Assembly (NCBI RefSeq): GCF_009914755.1
Contig: NC_060931.1
DNA length: 64,000 nt
Direction: 5' to 3' (one strand)
Source of the DNA: the human T2T-CHM13v2.0 reference genome, Homo sapiens
Shown: positions 17,157-34,300 of the stretch, piece by piece
Numbering within the stretch: position 1 is the stretch's first letter
Layout of the letters: the number at the start of each line of letters is the position of its first letter
Position numbers and translations under genes: made by a program
Notes under the pieces: model-generated
What the model saw: the letters and a program-made list of their open reading frames with translations, nothing else
Told to the model about the DNA's origin: nothing
Databases searched by the model: none

Positions 17157-17220
17157 TTGATAAATCAGTTTCCACCTGATGGCTGTTTGATACATCAGTT
17201 TCTACCTGATGGCTGTTTGA
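17157..17220 (+). repeat. 30-bp tandem duplication
   Basis: taaatcagtttccacctgatggctgtttga / tacatcagtttctacctgatggctgtttga, 2 mismatches. Confidence 0.92.
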
Positions 17221-17507
17221 CCATTTCCCTGTACTTGTTTTCCAGAACAGTGTCCATCGTCACAGAGAGTGATGGCACTGGCGGGCTGTCTGATAAAGCA
17301 AAGAACCCAACAGATGTTGTTTACACACAAATGCCATACCTATCGTAGTAGCGTTCAGAAAGAAAAAAAAATCATTAAAAATTGGATTTTCATATTGATT
17401 TATTTTCATCTTCATTGTTGATGGTGTTTGTGCGTGAGCATGATCTATCCCTGTAGTTAGGGGAGCCTGTGTTTTGAGTCGTGCACTGAGGATCCAGCAT
17501 CACCAAG

Positions 17508-17932
17508 GGTTATTAGGCTGTTCTTGCATTGTTATAAGAGAATACCCAAGACGGGGTAATTTATAAAGAAAAGGGGTTGAATTGGCTCGTAGATCTGCAG
17601 GCTGTACAGGAAGCATGGTGGCATCTGCACCTGGGGAGGCCTCAGGAAGCTTCTAATCATGGCAGAAGGCAAAGGGGGAGGAGGCGCGCTACATGGCGAG
17701 AGCAGGAGCAAGAGGGAACGAGAGAAGGGGGAGGTGCCACACACTTTTAAACAGCCAGATCTCACAAGAAGTCACTATCGTGAGGACAGCACCAAGAGGA
17801 TGGTGCTAAATATTCATGAGAAATCCACCCTCAAGACTCTGATCCAGTCACCTCCCACCAGGCCCCACCTCCCATACTAGGAATTACAGTTCAACATGAG
17901 ATTTGGATGGAACACAGATCCAGACCGTATCC
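17508..17932 (-). mobile_element. MaLR solo LTR (MSTA/B-like)
   Basis: 'tattaggctgttcttgcattg...ggtaatttataaagaaaag...ggaggcctcaggaagctt...cacctcccaccaggccccacctcc...tcaacatgagatttgg'. Confidence 0.88.
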
Positions 17933-20900
17933 CTGAGATCAGCTGTGCTCGAGGTGCTGTGAGTCTGCCTTAGCCATCGCAGGTGCTCCCGTCTCTGCTG
18001 GGCACAGCTTTGTCACTCGGCAATCGAAAAGAGTCTTAACACGAGAGTGGAACCCTTTGGTCAAAATTATGCTCCTTCAAAGAGGAACAAATGTGGTGAC
18101 AGACTGGAAAGGTGATGGAAAGCATTTCAAAAAGCAGTTCACTCTGCTCATAATTTTCTAGTATTCCTCTGCTATTATTTGCTTTTAAAGAAGAGCCCTC
18201 TGCTTCCTAGCGGCTGCTGCGTATGCTTGGTCCAGCCACGAAGACATAATCCTCTGCGGGCAGCATCACGTGGAGCGAGGGTCAAGTCCTCTGCCTGGTG
18301 CGCCTTTATCTGCACAAGGGAAGAAGGAATCCTGAGTGCCTCGTTCCGCAGAAAGTGAGACACAGAAAGCATTTGACTTGTCAGGAATCGAGAATTACCA
18401 GCCCCAGGCTTCCCCAACTCAGCTCACGAAGTAAGAATGGCTGGGCCAACGCTTCTCTGCAGAGGCTGCAGGTGCGGACACCGACAGCCATGCACAGTCC
18501 TCCCAGGAATATTCTTGTATCTGCTGTGTCTTGCTTAGCCATGGCCATATTTATTTAATTTTTGATGGAATTATTTATTGTGTTTTATTCTCTTGCTATA
18601 TAAACTGAGCTGATTTCAGAATTGACTGCTGTTTGCAGAGTATCCTGGGGAGAGGAGGATTCTTCATGAGGAGCCCCCCCATATCTGGAGCAGTTTTAGT
18701 TGGTCCTCATCTACTTTTTAGACGCCTTTCTGTCCTCACTTTTCATGGTTTCCAATTTGACTGGATTTTACACTCTTGGGAAGTTCCACTGTTTAAGGAT
18801 CTAAAGACTGAAAACATGTATTCCGCACATTTTGTTTAAATCATGTTTCTTTTTTTTTTCCTGGAATTTTTATTTTAGCAGAAAAAGTCTTGGCTGGAAA
18901 TGTTTCTGCCTAAACCTGGGCTCTGTAAAAACTCCTCCTTCATGCCGTTCCTCTGCATATGACCACACCAGGAATTTGGCATAGCCATTTATTTGTACCT
19001 AGTGCTGAAACAATTAGTTAAAATAACAAAAGGCCCCTGGATAAGTACAAATTGACTGAAGTGCTTTTGAAGATTAGCAAGGAAATTTAAGAAACATTGC
19101 TATAAATAAAAAATATATTTATTCTGGGCAAAAATCCCTGATGAAATAAATCCTTCACTAGTTACATCAACAGTTACCCTATAATCTCTTCATTTCTTTT
19201 CTGTCCCTCCTACTAGACAGCATCTTTCCTAAAGGAAAAGAATCAATTCTATTTATGACACATAAACACATGTGGAGAAAAGGCCAGGGATTTTCCAGCA
19301 CTAAAGTCTTGTAAAGTGGATTTTAACGTTCGTGGCATCTGGGTGGAAGTATCCGAAGACAAGTTGTTTCTAGGCCTCTTTGCTAAATTATTACATGTAC
19401 GCTCTTGAGCAGATGGGCTTTGTTTTAGGTAATAGAGGCTTCTGGTCATTTTATGACTCTAATGTGATAATTCAGTGACCGAGCTGTGTTTTTACAGAAG
19501 CCTATTAACTAAAACTCTAGGAAGTATTTGATATTTAGCCCCTAGAAGAGGACAGTAGATGACATTTACTGTTTTCTTACTTGCCAGTCACATTCTACAC
19601 CTGATGAACCAGATTCAGACTTAGCGTACATGGAATTTGTAGCTTCTGAGCCAGCCTCATTCACCTCACTACCGATTTGCACTTCATCAGTGTCCTTTTG
19701 ATGTCAGAATTGTTATCCCCATTTTACAGATGAGAAAGCCAAGTGATGAGCCTGTGGGAGTAAAATCGGGGCCAGATCCAGTTCCACTTCTCTTGCCCCA
19801 CCCAGGTCACAGTTGCCTGATCGCGTTAAGGGCCTCTCTATATTAAGACAGAATATCATGGTGTCATTGATGGTGTTACTTCCTGTCAACTGTGATCATC
19901 TTGTTCTGGTAGAAAAGTGAGGTGTCTTCTCTGCAGACCACATTAGATTTTAACTTTAAGTCAGGTTCGACACTACTTCTGGTTCCAGGAAACTCAGGGA
20001 GCTTGGTTGGGAGAAGATGCAAGAGCTCTGAGCTCACATCTTCTTTGGGCTTTAATTCAGAGACCGACAATATGCACCCAGGCAGATGTCCCTCTGTGCC
20101 TCTTTTCTGACCACCCACCAAAGCCCCTCTCTGCTGCTGCTGTTGGCCATGGTGCTGGGAGTAGTCAGGGAGCCCCAGGCCAGCCCCGCAGTTCAGGAGG
20201 GAGTTGGATGTGCTGCCTGGCCGTGCAGAAGCCCCCGGCCAGAGCTCCGGTGGAAGGCACGTGGGTAGATGGTCAGCAGGGATGGCATTTCCTCCCACGC
20301 CACCTGCAGAAGCAGCCATTCTGTTCCTGAGTTATTAATACCTTGTAGGCTAGAGAACTGGGTCTGTCTTGCTAATGTGATATCCCATCAGATTTTTACA
20401 CTTTCAAAAGCTATCACTAGGGAAACAGATGTGGTTGGACCTGCGTGCTTTGTGGTGACTTTGCTGCCTGTGTGGCGTATCTACTTTTCCTCTAAAACTC
20501 TGTAAAATGAACAGACTGGCTTCACACACTTCATACTGCCATCATTTATCTTTTTATGCCTTTGCAGCTCTTGCCAGTAAGATATCCCCTTGTGTTCAAC
20601 AACCATATTTTCCAGTATGTCTTCCCTGGACAGTGTTAACACACACAGTAGGCACTGCAAAGATATTTAGAAAATGGTTAAATTACTCCTGTATTTGCTT
20701 GGGTTCCAGGTGCCTGAATGTGCAAGCTCAGAAAGGAATAGTCAGAGTAAAAATGCAAATACAAATACTTAGAGATTCCCTTCTTTTTCTTCATTAATTT
20801 AACACACATTTATCGACTACACACTGTTTGGCTCTGTGATTAAATACTGGAGGATCCTTGTGTGCAGGGAAAACAAAGGTGTATCTGAACGTATTTCAAA

Positions 20901-21840
20901 TCCAAAGGATTTTAAAGGAGTTACCATTTTAGAAATTCCACCCTGCAACTTACCACCGCTTGGGTCTATATTTAAGAGTTGAGAGACAGTCAATATAGAA
21001 GAGTTGGATAGAAGGTGAATTCACATAAATTCAATGGAATTTTTCCATATACTTGCCATTATGAGATTAACAATGACTCTCCTAGAAAAGGATGCCCGCG
21101 TAGACTAACTTGAAATGTTTTTCAAGGCATGGGCCATTATGGTAACTAAACTGGTGGAGGCTTGACTGGTCTTTTCCTGCCTCTAGTTTCTTCCCTCTCT
21201 GGTCATCTTTTGGTCTTTCTCCTACTGCAGAAGTATAACTTACCCTTTCCTGAAGAATCACAGTTCTGAAGTTTAATGGCTTTCTCCTCTGAGCAAGCCT
21301 GCCTGCCTGAATGCAGTTGTGCTGAGCTGCAATCCCATTTGCCCAGGACTTCTTGGTCTGTGCTAGGGATTCATGCATTCCATTAATGAACACAACTCAG
21401 CTAGTGGTTTCTGTTGGTTTGAAATCACGAGAAACAGGTTTCCCAAATTCTTTCTTCTTTTGCTTTTAAGATGTTTTTCTTACACCCAGAGCAAATGGTC
21501 AGCATCAAGTGTTTGCTCTTGATGGAATAAACATATCACTCTGGCGACTTAACATGTACTGAGCATTCAGGGACTCATTAGTGCCAAAACTACTTGAAAG
21601 CAATTTTATTTTTATTTATTTATTTATTTATTTTTATTATACTTTAAGTTTTAGGGTACATGTGCACATTGTGCAGGTTAGTTACATATGTATACATGTG
21701 CCATGCTGGTGCGCTGCACCCACTAACTCGTCATCTAGCATTAGGTATATCTCCCAATGCTATCCCTCCCCCCTCCCCCCACCCCACCACAGTCCCCAGA
21801 GTGTGATATTCCCCTTCCTGTGTCCATGTGTTCTCATTGT

Positions 21841-24018
<2,178 letters not shown>

Positions 24019-24021
24019 TCA

Positions 24022-25189
<1,168 letters not shown>

Positions 25190-27119
25190 TTGAAAGCAAT
25201 TTTAGTTCTTGTCGTTGTACAGCTAAGGAAAGTTCATCAGTTTCTAAGTTGTCTGCCTTGAACTTGCTTAAATTGTGAGGCATGAGATCCAGATTATACT
25301 CAGAACACTAAGCCTTGGAATCAACCCTTTTAAAAGTTGCTTAATTAAAATGGAGAATATTTTGAAGTGGTTTTTTTTTTTAAGATTTTACAAACTAATA
25401 TTCTGCATCTTCCTGCACGCTGACCTTCTGTTAATGTACTTGAAGGTCAATTGAAACTAGTCAAATGTTACTTTAAAGTTCGTAGTGGTAAAACTATAGA
25501 CTCAAATTATGCTTCTATGTTTAATGGGCAAAGTTATTATTTTACTAAACATTTTACTGAATTTTCATCATAATGTATAAATTGATGTGGATATTACCAC
25601 CCTAGTTTGTGGTAAGTGTTAAAGAGCAAAATACTTATTGATAACCAAAGACAATTTATATTTTCATGGAAGCCAACGGATGGGTTACAGTGCAAGTTTT
25701 GGGAGCTCATCATGAAAATGTTCACATCATGAAAATATTTCTGGACACCTCCTGGAACTCTTCCCCTTGGGTCCATAGATACTCTTAAGGGAAAGTTGTT
25801 AAAGTGCCCCCTGTTACTTCTTACAGCTTGTAAGTACACCCAATCGAAGCTCTATGGGACATGAACAGTGTGTCCTGGTTCAGGTTAGTGTCTCCTCCAC
25901 TCTGAGCAGGGAGTGGGATTTCCAATAGTTGCTGATTAAATAGTGAAACAGTTACTTAATTCTGCTCCAGTGGTGATCAGGGTGAATGTATACTCTTACT
26001 CTTCCTTCCTGGTCTTCAGGCACCTATGCAGTGCCCAGTGGGCTGTTTTCACCAACCATAAATCCTGTGCTTCCAGGATTCCGACGTCAGTATCACATCC
26101 CTGAAGGCAGCTGATCTGGTGTGGTCTGGGGAAGGCCACAACCCCTGGCCATGCAAACATAGCAGGGAGCTTCCCAGTCGATGCCTAGCAAGGTGGCCCT
26201 CCCTCCCCCATGCCCAAGGGGTGGGTCTAGCCATCATCTCAATGCAGGTGGTCAGAGACCCAGCTAGCTACTCTCTTCCTCGGATTTCATCTTTTCTGAA
26301 ATAGAGAACTATGATTTTGCCTAGCACCTCAGGAGAGTGTTGGAGAATCAAGTGAAGAATGGCCAGAAGCACTTAGCGAGTGCTCACTGGAAATGGTCTT
26401 CCTTTACTGAACTGCACAGATACTTTGCTCATCAGTCTCAGCAATGAAAAGCAACAGATTGATTTCTCTCTTGTGAAAACCCTTCCTGTGCTTATAATTC
26501 GTACCTCAGGACCGGTTAGCTTGTTCTTTATGATGTAGCAGTGTCTTCTCCCGAGCGGCAGCTCATCTCATCCATATTGTACTCAGTTATTTTTGTTCCT
26601 CTTCTCTTTACTACTATCCCATGGAATTGGGAGTTAAAATGATGAGGTTTCATTTTTAAATGTACAAAGATGGGGGAAGACTAAGGAAGTAATTTTATTT
26701 AAAGCCACACATACATTTGTTTCAATAAAGTTAAAGGAAAATCTCTCAGGCCAAATATTGTAATTTTTCTATGAAGTCAGTGTAAGTTTTAAATGTGTCA
26801 TCTGGAGCTATGTTATAATAAGGCCAGGTAATTCATATTATGGGCAAAGTATTCAACTTTGCTACCATAATTACTCAGCATGCCCCTGTGTTCTTTTCAT
26901 TACCTTCTGATAGCAAAAGTGATATTTATTGTGGAAAAACTGGAAAATATTTTAAAAGGTAGAATCAAAAGGAAATGGCCTGTAATTGTACCACTCAGAC
27001 TAACCACTGTTAACCTTTTATGTGTACACACATATGTAGAAACAGATACATAGGACTTATTTGCAGTGCATAGAACCCTTAAATCCAAAAAAGATGTCAT
27101 CGCATGTGCTGTTGTGAAT

Positions 27120-27520
27120 CTGTATTGGAGTGTTTTGATTTCTAGTGACAGCAGCCCTAACTTATCACGGTTCAACAGGAAGTATCTGAGCTCATGAACC
27201 AGGAAGTCCCCAGACAGGACAGGCTGCTGGATGGTTGGTTCATTGGCTCTATGAGATAATGAAGGACCCAAGTGCTTTCCGTTCTCTCTATTCTGCTGCC
27301 ACAATTATCAGCTTCATGTGAAGGTCATTTCTATCATGGCCATAAAATCACCACCATGAACACGTTGGACAAAATGATCAAGACCCACACCTGATGCTGG
27401 GAATGGGGCCAGCTCTCTTGTGTTGCATGGCTGGATTGCAGGGGGAAGGCATGGTTGCCACGACAAAATCAGGGCCGCTAAGAAAGAAGACAGGATGGGC
27501 ACACGATACTTGCTTTAGTG
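27120..27520 (-). mobile_element. Old MLT1 (J/K-like) LTR fragment
   Basis: 'ctagtgacagcagccctaac...gctcatgaaccaggaagtcc...ctctctattctgctgcc...aatcaccac' resembles late-MLT1 antisense sequence. Confidence 0.4.
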
Positions 27521-28641
27521 TCTTTAAATATGGTTTTCTTCTTAAGGTTTACAGCAGTTACCAGAATTTAAAATTAAGATGAATGGTTTTGGATGTTTTA
27601 TTTTCATTTAAAAAGTCAGTCTCTTGTAGAAATGCTCTGTTCAGAAAGATTTGGATAGGAACAAAGACTTGGTTTCTGGGAAATTAATCTTCATGATCTC
27701 CAAAGATGTAGCATTTTCATGGTGTCTTTTTGGCAGCAGCAGTTTTTTTTTTTTCATGAATTTTGGCTTAAACCTTTATAGAAATTAAAAACTAAAAGAA
27801 AAAGATAAGCTTAAAGATAAAAGTTATAATAGATGGAAACTTTAATATTTTTATCTTTATGTACCTTTTTATTTTCAATACTCTTGAAATAATGCCGTAA
27901 ATAATATCGAGAATTCATGGATATTTTATAAGGATACTTCTGAGAAACAATAGGCATATTTGAAATTACTATGGTAAAAATCAGATGTCAAAGAAAAAGT
28001 TATATATTCAGTTTTTAAATTGTACTATTAAATGTGTAACTTCATGTGTAGTAAATATTCATATTTAATTTTAGCTGCCAGTGTAACATATACTAAAATA
28101 AAATGGAACAATTTCTATGGTTCTATAAAAGAATCTATAAAGGAGTCATAAATAATTATAATAAAACTCTATTGAAATATTTTTATGAGACTAAAAATTG
28201 AAAACTTCCTAATAGGGAAATTTTCATAAATGAGACATGAAGTAAGTCATAGAGACCTCAAACAGTAATATATCCTATGGGAACCCTGAATAAGCAATAA
28301 CTTCTTAAGATAATTTTATATAATGTGTAAAAATCAAGAGTTTTTGAAAAAGCTCTGCAAAAGGTAGCAGGAAGAAAAAGGATTATTATAATGCTAAAAT
28401 TCCTCATGAGAGATTACTCATTTTGCATGCTTTTGATGTTACCAGAATACAGATTTTAGATAATCTGAATCTGAAAGTGCTGTAACTATTCCCTATAGAG
28501 TACCACAATTGTGGTGGGTAACACAACTCACTCTAGAGACCTAAGATGTTTCTCTTGTTTTTGAAATAAGAGCTTAGACTAAATGATATTTTGGTGCTCA
28601 GAATGCATCTTACCTTCTATGCCAAATTCACCAGCCAATGA

Positions 28642-29001
<360 letters not shown>

Positions 29002-29961
29002 TAACTGGCAAAAAGAATACGGAATTATAAGTGAAGGATCCCATAAAACACCCATTTCAAATAAAAGTTCCTTGGATGAATGGAAGTTGTGTCTTTCTTG
29101 TTTTTATTCTTTTTTAAAAATTAAGTAGTATAATGAGAGTCTTTCTATGGTATGATTGGATGAGTATTAATCTGCCTGTGAAAACACCTTCTCCCTTCTC
29201 TGCTGTTAAGTTGCTGTGTTACCTAAGACAAGCAACTTAACTTCTGTGAGCCTCAGTGGCGCAGAGAAAGGGCAGGTGCATTAAACGAGTCTCAGAGATG
29301 CCTTTCCCAGTAGAATCAGGATGAATGAGAAGGTCTTGGTCACGATCAAGAAGACTGTTTACTCATCCTTTGCACTTCTAAGACATGGTGAGATAGTACA
29401 GGTGAAAAAGACGTGGCCTGGAGTTAATAATGATGGTAGAAGTTAAGTTGAAGGGGGGCAGCACTGTGCCCATTGGCGACTTTCCTTCTACGCACCAGTG
29501 TAGATATCCATACACAAAGCCTCTGATGAGGCTCCCTCGAGGTGGAGAAAACCACAACTAATTCACTTGCGCTGGGTCAGGGTTGTGGTGGTCCAGCCTT
29601 CTAATTGAAGGGATTCCTTCTAACTGGTCTTGTTATGCATTCTCAGAGGAGGAACCTCTGAGTTTTAATGAACTCTGGATGTCTATGTTCCAGAACATTG
29701 TCTTCTTCACAGTCAGGTGCTGGCGCAGATGTGGAGCACCCGGTAGGCTCAGACACTGGGGCTGCAGTGTGCCAGCTGGATCAGAAGAGGCTCTCTCTGG
29801 CGTTGTCGTATTCTTAAAGTCGGCCTGTGTATTGTTTTTGTCCTTCCAGCTCTTCTTTTAAACTCTAGGCATTCCTTTATAGTTGGCCTAATTAATTTTG
29901 TCTTACAAGTAGGAAGTTCCCTGGAGTAGCTTTGACACTGTCCTCTTCTTTTCTGAAACAG

Positions 29962-30095
29962 AGCCATCACATTGGAGAATCAGCTGGTGATCCTCGCCAC
30001 CACAACCAGTGATGCCGGGGCATACTACGTGCAGGCCGTGAATGAGAAAAATGGAGAAAACAAGACAAGCCCATTCATTCATTTGAGCATAGCAA
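29962..30095 (+). CDS. SDK1: Sidekick cell adhesion molecule 1, internal coding exon (134 nt, phase 2 in, phase 1 out; end of an Ig-like domain; probably exon 5)
   Basis: Acceptor tcctcttcttttctgaaacAG| and donor CAA|GTGAGT. Encodes [44 protein letters not shown], with the Ig F-strand D-x-G-x-Y motif. Recognised from memory as SDK1; missed by the ORF track. Confidence 0.92.
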
Positions 30096-30999
30096 GTGAG
30101 TTTTGAAATCCCAAATGGTAATTCTGCAAGCAATAAAATCTTGCTTTAATCAGTAACCACTGTCTGACAGGACATTTTGCAATAAATTTTCTCTCTCTAG
30201 TGTAGTAGTTACGGTTTAATATTGATCCAGTGCCAATAGTTCGGAGAGCTTTAGGGCTCTTGCTTTCTTCAAAATGATATGCGGAAAAATGTGAATCTCA
30301 GTGGTACTTCTGAATGCCAGATCTTTTTTGGGAATTAAAAAAAAAAGTATTTGCTTTTTATACACAGTCAATGCATGTTGTTCCTAACAACAAAGAACTT
30401 TCAATTTAAATGAATTGTATCCATGAACCTAAATCAGGACTAGATTAGATATACATTATATTCTTTTAATCTAACAGGAAAATCTTTGAGAAATTCTACC
30501 TATTAAGTTGTACGAAAATTAGCAGTATTTAAGCATAATCAGTTGATCATTTTTTCCACCTAATTTAACTGAAAGCCTGATTCTTGAAGACAATGCACAC
30601 AAATCATGGGTATTTGTCGATTTTATTTGAGGGGACTTTAGTTTGAGTAAACTTAGTTTTACATGTTTGGACTTTAAATTCTACTAGCAAGAGTTAATTG
30701 CTAAAGAAGGGAAAATCACCCAAAGCAGGAACTCTGAACTAATCTAGATTCAGACATCCATATCAGAAGGCTTGTCATCAGATGTTTGCAGCATGAAGCT
30801 TCATGGTATGAAATGAAATTGTCATGCGGTTGAGAAAATAGGGTTGAAACTAGTCATGGCGGATGGTAAATTTCAAAATATTATTATCATATCATATGAG
30901 TGAATTATATTGATTTGTTTGTATAGTAGTGGATTTTATCTTTTTAAAAATTGTCTTGAAGGAATCGTTTCCCCTGCAAGTGATTTGAAAAGTATGTGG

Positions 31000-31300
<301 letters not shown>

Positions 31301-34300
31301 GAAAAGTATGTGGGATGGAGTGATAGTATTTGCCTGACATGGCCCTCGAGGGGTACAATTGCCTTAGGCCCAGTAGAATTGCCTGGGTGAATCTTTGTAG
31401 CAAACTCTGGGTGCAGGCGTCTGTGGGAGTTAACTGAGTGGGGTCTCAGATGCCTGCCTAATTGGTCCCAAGTGGCCGTGATGTGCTGTCATCCTGCCTT
31501 GAGCTCCTTAATTTGAGGAATTGAATCTCGCTCTGCAGAACGTAGACTTGGCACAGATTTAGGATGAGTGGGGTCTTTGTGATGCCATGGAGAATGATGC
31601 ACGTGGATTAGGGGTGGGGTTCACAAAACCCAGTGCATGCTGTACTGTGACGTAAAGGAGTGTCTGCATTGAGAATTACAGTAGAAATGAGGATGATTTA
31701 TTAAGATTTTTTCCAAGGGTTATGATAAAGAATGGAAATTGTATTATCAAATAGATTGTTATTATTTTAATGATTCCAAACTTTACAGGTAGAGCCATTT
31801 ATCTTGTTTAGCAAATATGAATCTGTACTCAATTGTAATATAACTACCAGGATAATAATGAGTCAAAGGGGGTGAAATTCTGCATCAGAAACAAGGAAGT
31901 TGGCCTTCCTCTGTTAGAAGAATTATTCCACTGAAACTGTTTAACATCACAAAGTTATAAAACAGTCCGTACCTAGTACTTGCCTACCTCCCTACTCTGT
32001 AAGGGCCAGCAGAAAATAAAGCGAGTACAGTGAATTTGCAAACCGCTGTACTAGCGTAATACCATGGTGTTAGATAATTGGAATATGTAAATTTTTTTCA
32101 GTAATTTCAGTTTCTACCCTGACCGAAAAGTATATTGAAAGCTACTCATAAATATTATAATTAACTGGGTTGCATTTTGTTCCTTTGTATGTATTTTTTA
32201 ACTTTTCATTGGCACCAGGTAAAAATGTGTAAAAAGTGAGATACAAGGCAGTTGATGATATGGACTTATTTTAAATCTTAGGACAAAACCTACATTTTGT
32301 TCCTTTATGAATTCTTTGCTTTTTATGAGTGCCAGATAAAATGGGAGAAGTAAGGAGATTGAGGAAACTGCCTTATTTTAATTCTTAGGAGAACCTTCCT
32401 GGTGACATACGGGATTTACGTAAATGTTAAATGGCAACCAATTATGCTTTTTTGTTTTTTTGTGTTTTTTTTTTTTGTTTTTTTTTCTGCTAAAAGTTTT
32501 ATTTTGAAAACCTCTAAAAGTCAGAAGTCTTGATTAATCTGCAGAATCCCCCAGAATTGTTTTAATTGTGCTTCTTTCTGGCATCCAGTGAGGGCTCTAA
32601 GCAATGAACACTGCAGTTCAGGACCTGGCCACCCTGCTCCTGGTGAGGGTGTGATGTATTGAAGGATGCGTCTCTTCACCAGATTTATTATGAAATTAGA
32701 TATTCTCAAGACCTGTTGATACTGGGAGTAAGATAGAGTGTGTTCTGCAGACTTAGATATCTTTTTCTTCTGATGTAGGCTTTTGTGGAAACACCACACA
32801 AGATTGAGGAAAATTTGTAAAAACTTTCTGGCCAGCGTTTCTGAAAAATCAAAAGATATTACAGCCAATTATCATTTAATGAAGATACATTTTTGCTTGC
32901 TGTCGGGAGAATAAAGCAGGGAACCTTTATGTAGTGAACACCATCGGGATGATCGGGTACTGGTAATTAAATTCCTGGTGGATTGTGCTGTAATTAGTTT
33001 AAAATCGGAGTGTCATGCAGCCCCGCCTCTTGTTTGCTGTTGTGGTAATAATCCGTTCCTTCCTTGAGGACAGCACCGTGTTAGAGTGGAGCGGCAACCA
33101 GGTCTAGCCCTGTCTCAAAACATCTAAATAAGTGATGCGCTGTCACCCAGCTAACAGGAGGAAATAATACATTTTCATCAACAACCTTGTACTTGAGAGT
33201 TCAAAAACGTCACCCCTTTTCAATTGCTAGATACTGTGGCTACACCTGAAGCTTATGGGAAGCAAAAGATAGATAGGTTTTAGATTTAAATTTTTTTTTA
33301 AAGAAAGCATGACTGTTAGAACTGAGATGCAGTCCCATAATGGTACCGCCTGCTGTTTAGTGCATATTTAGTAGATGGCATTATTATCTCTCAACATTTC
33401 TCCCCTCTTGCGTGGTTAAGAAGATAAATTCCAGCATGTTCTGAACCGATATTCCTGTAGGGAAGGAGAGGATTTCCCTGAACTCTCCACCCCGCTGCCC
33501 TGGTGAGAGCTTGCTGCCATCCCAGGGGTGGATCCACTTTGAAGTTTTAATGTGATGTGAAGCCAGCAGATGTTAAGGACATAGGTGGGACTGTTGAAGC
33601 ATCCTGCATGAATTTTTCATGGCCAGCTCCCACTGCTCAGGTGCACACCAGAAAAAGAAGGGTTTGGGCCTGCCTGAGAGTAGATGTGTCTTCCGAGGTC
33701 AGACCCGGGAAAGCTTTATGAACCTGTCAACCTATTTTTGGCTTTTGCTTTGAAGATTTTACGTTGAGTTAACCTTTGTGGAACAGAACTTCTGAACTGA
33801 ATTACTATGTGAATAAGAGTTTCTTCCTCTAAAAAAAAAAAAAAAAAAAAAGCCACAGGCGATGAGACGAATTCTATACAGTGGTTAATCAGTCATTGTT
33901 TATACGCCATTGTACATGCCTTAGACATACCATCAGTTCTGATCCAATATTCAAAATGTCCAATGTAATGAGATTCTCTACTAGGGATGAAGCTTGGATT
34001 AAAAAGAAATGACTGCCTCTCTCCTTCCTGTTTTTTTCACCTCTTTCATTTTAATGTCTCCTCTTCAAACAACATTTGCAGATAGGATATCATTTCAGCT
34101 GATCCTCCTTCAGGCTGACAAACCCTTGCTTTTAATTCTGAAGACCACTTAACATTCTTTTGTCCTCTATAATGCTAATTTAACTGCAGACTCACGTAGG
34201 GTTAGTAGTTGAAAGTGGATTCCTGAGAATGTCCATGAACAGTCATTTCAGAGGACTGCCCTGTAAAACATGGCTTTTGTGTGCCCAGGTACAACTCTCT

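Noticed and set aside
20295-20312. CTCF-like motif (minus strand TGCAGGTGGCG)
   Set aside because: Only a partial match; cannot be supported without ChIP data
15726-20330. 152-aa (15726-16184) and 147-aa (19876-20319) minus-strand ORFs
   Set aside because: No recognisable domain or codon pattern; lengths are compatible with chance in GC-richer intronic DNA
29895-29915. Alternative upstream acceptor ttttgtcttacaagtAG
   Set aside because: Weaker pyrimidine tract, and it would add 50 nt and shift the frame; no evidence of use
29962-30095. SDK2 or another Ig-superfamily gene
   Set aside because: The residues [16 protein letters not shown] and SPFIHLSIA match my recollection of SDK1 rather than SDK2; a protein search would confirm
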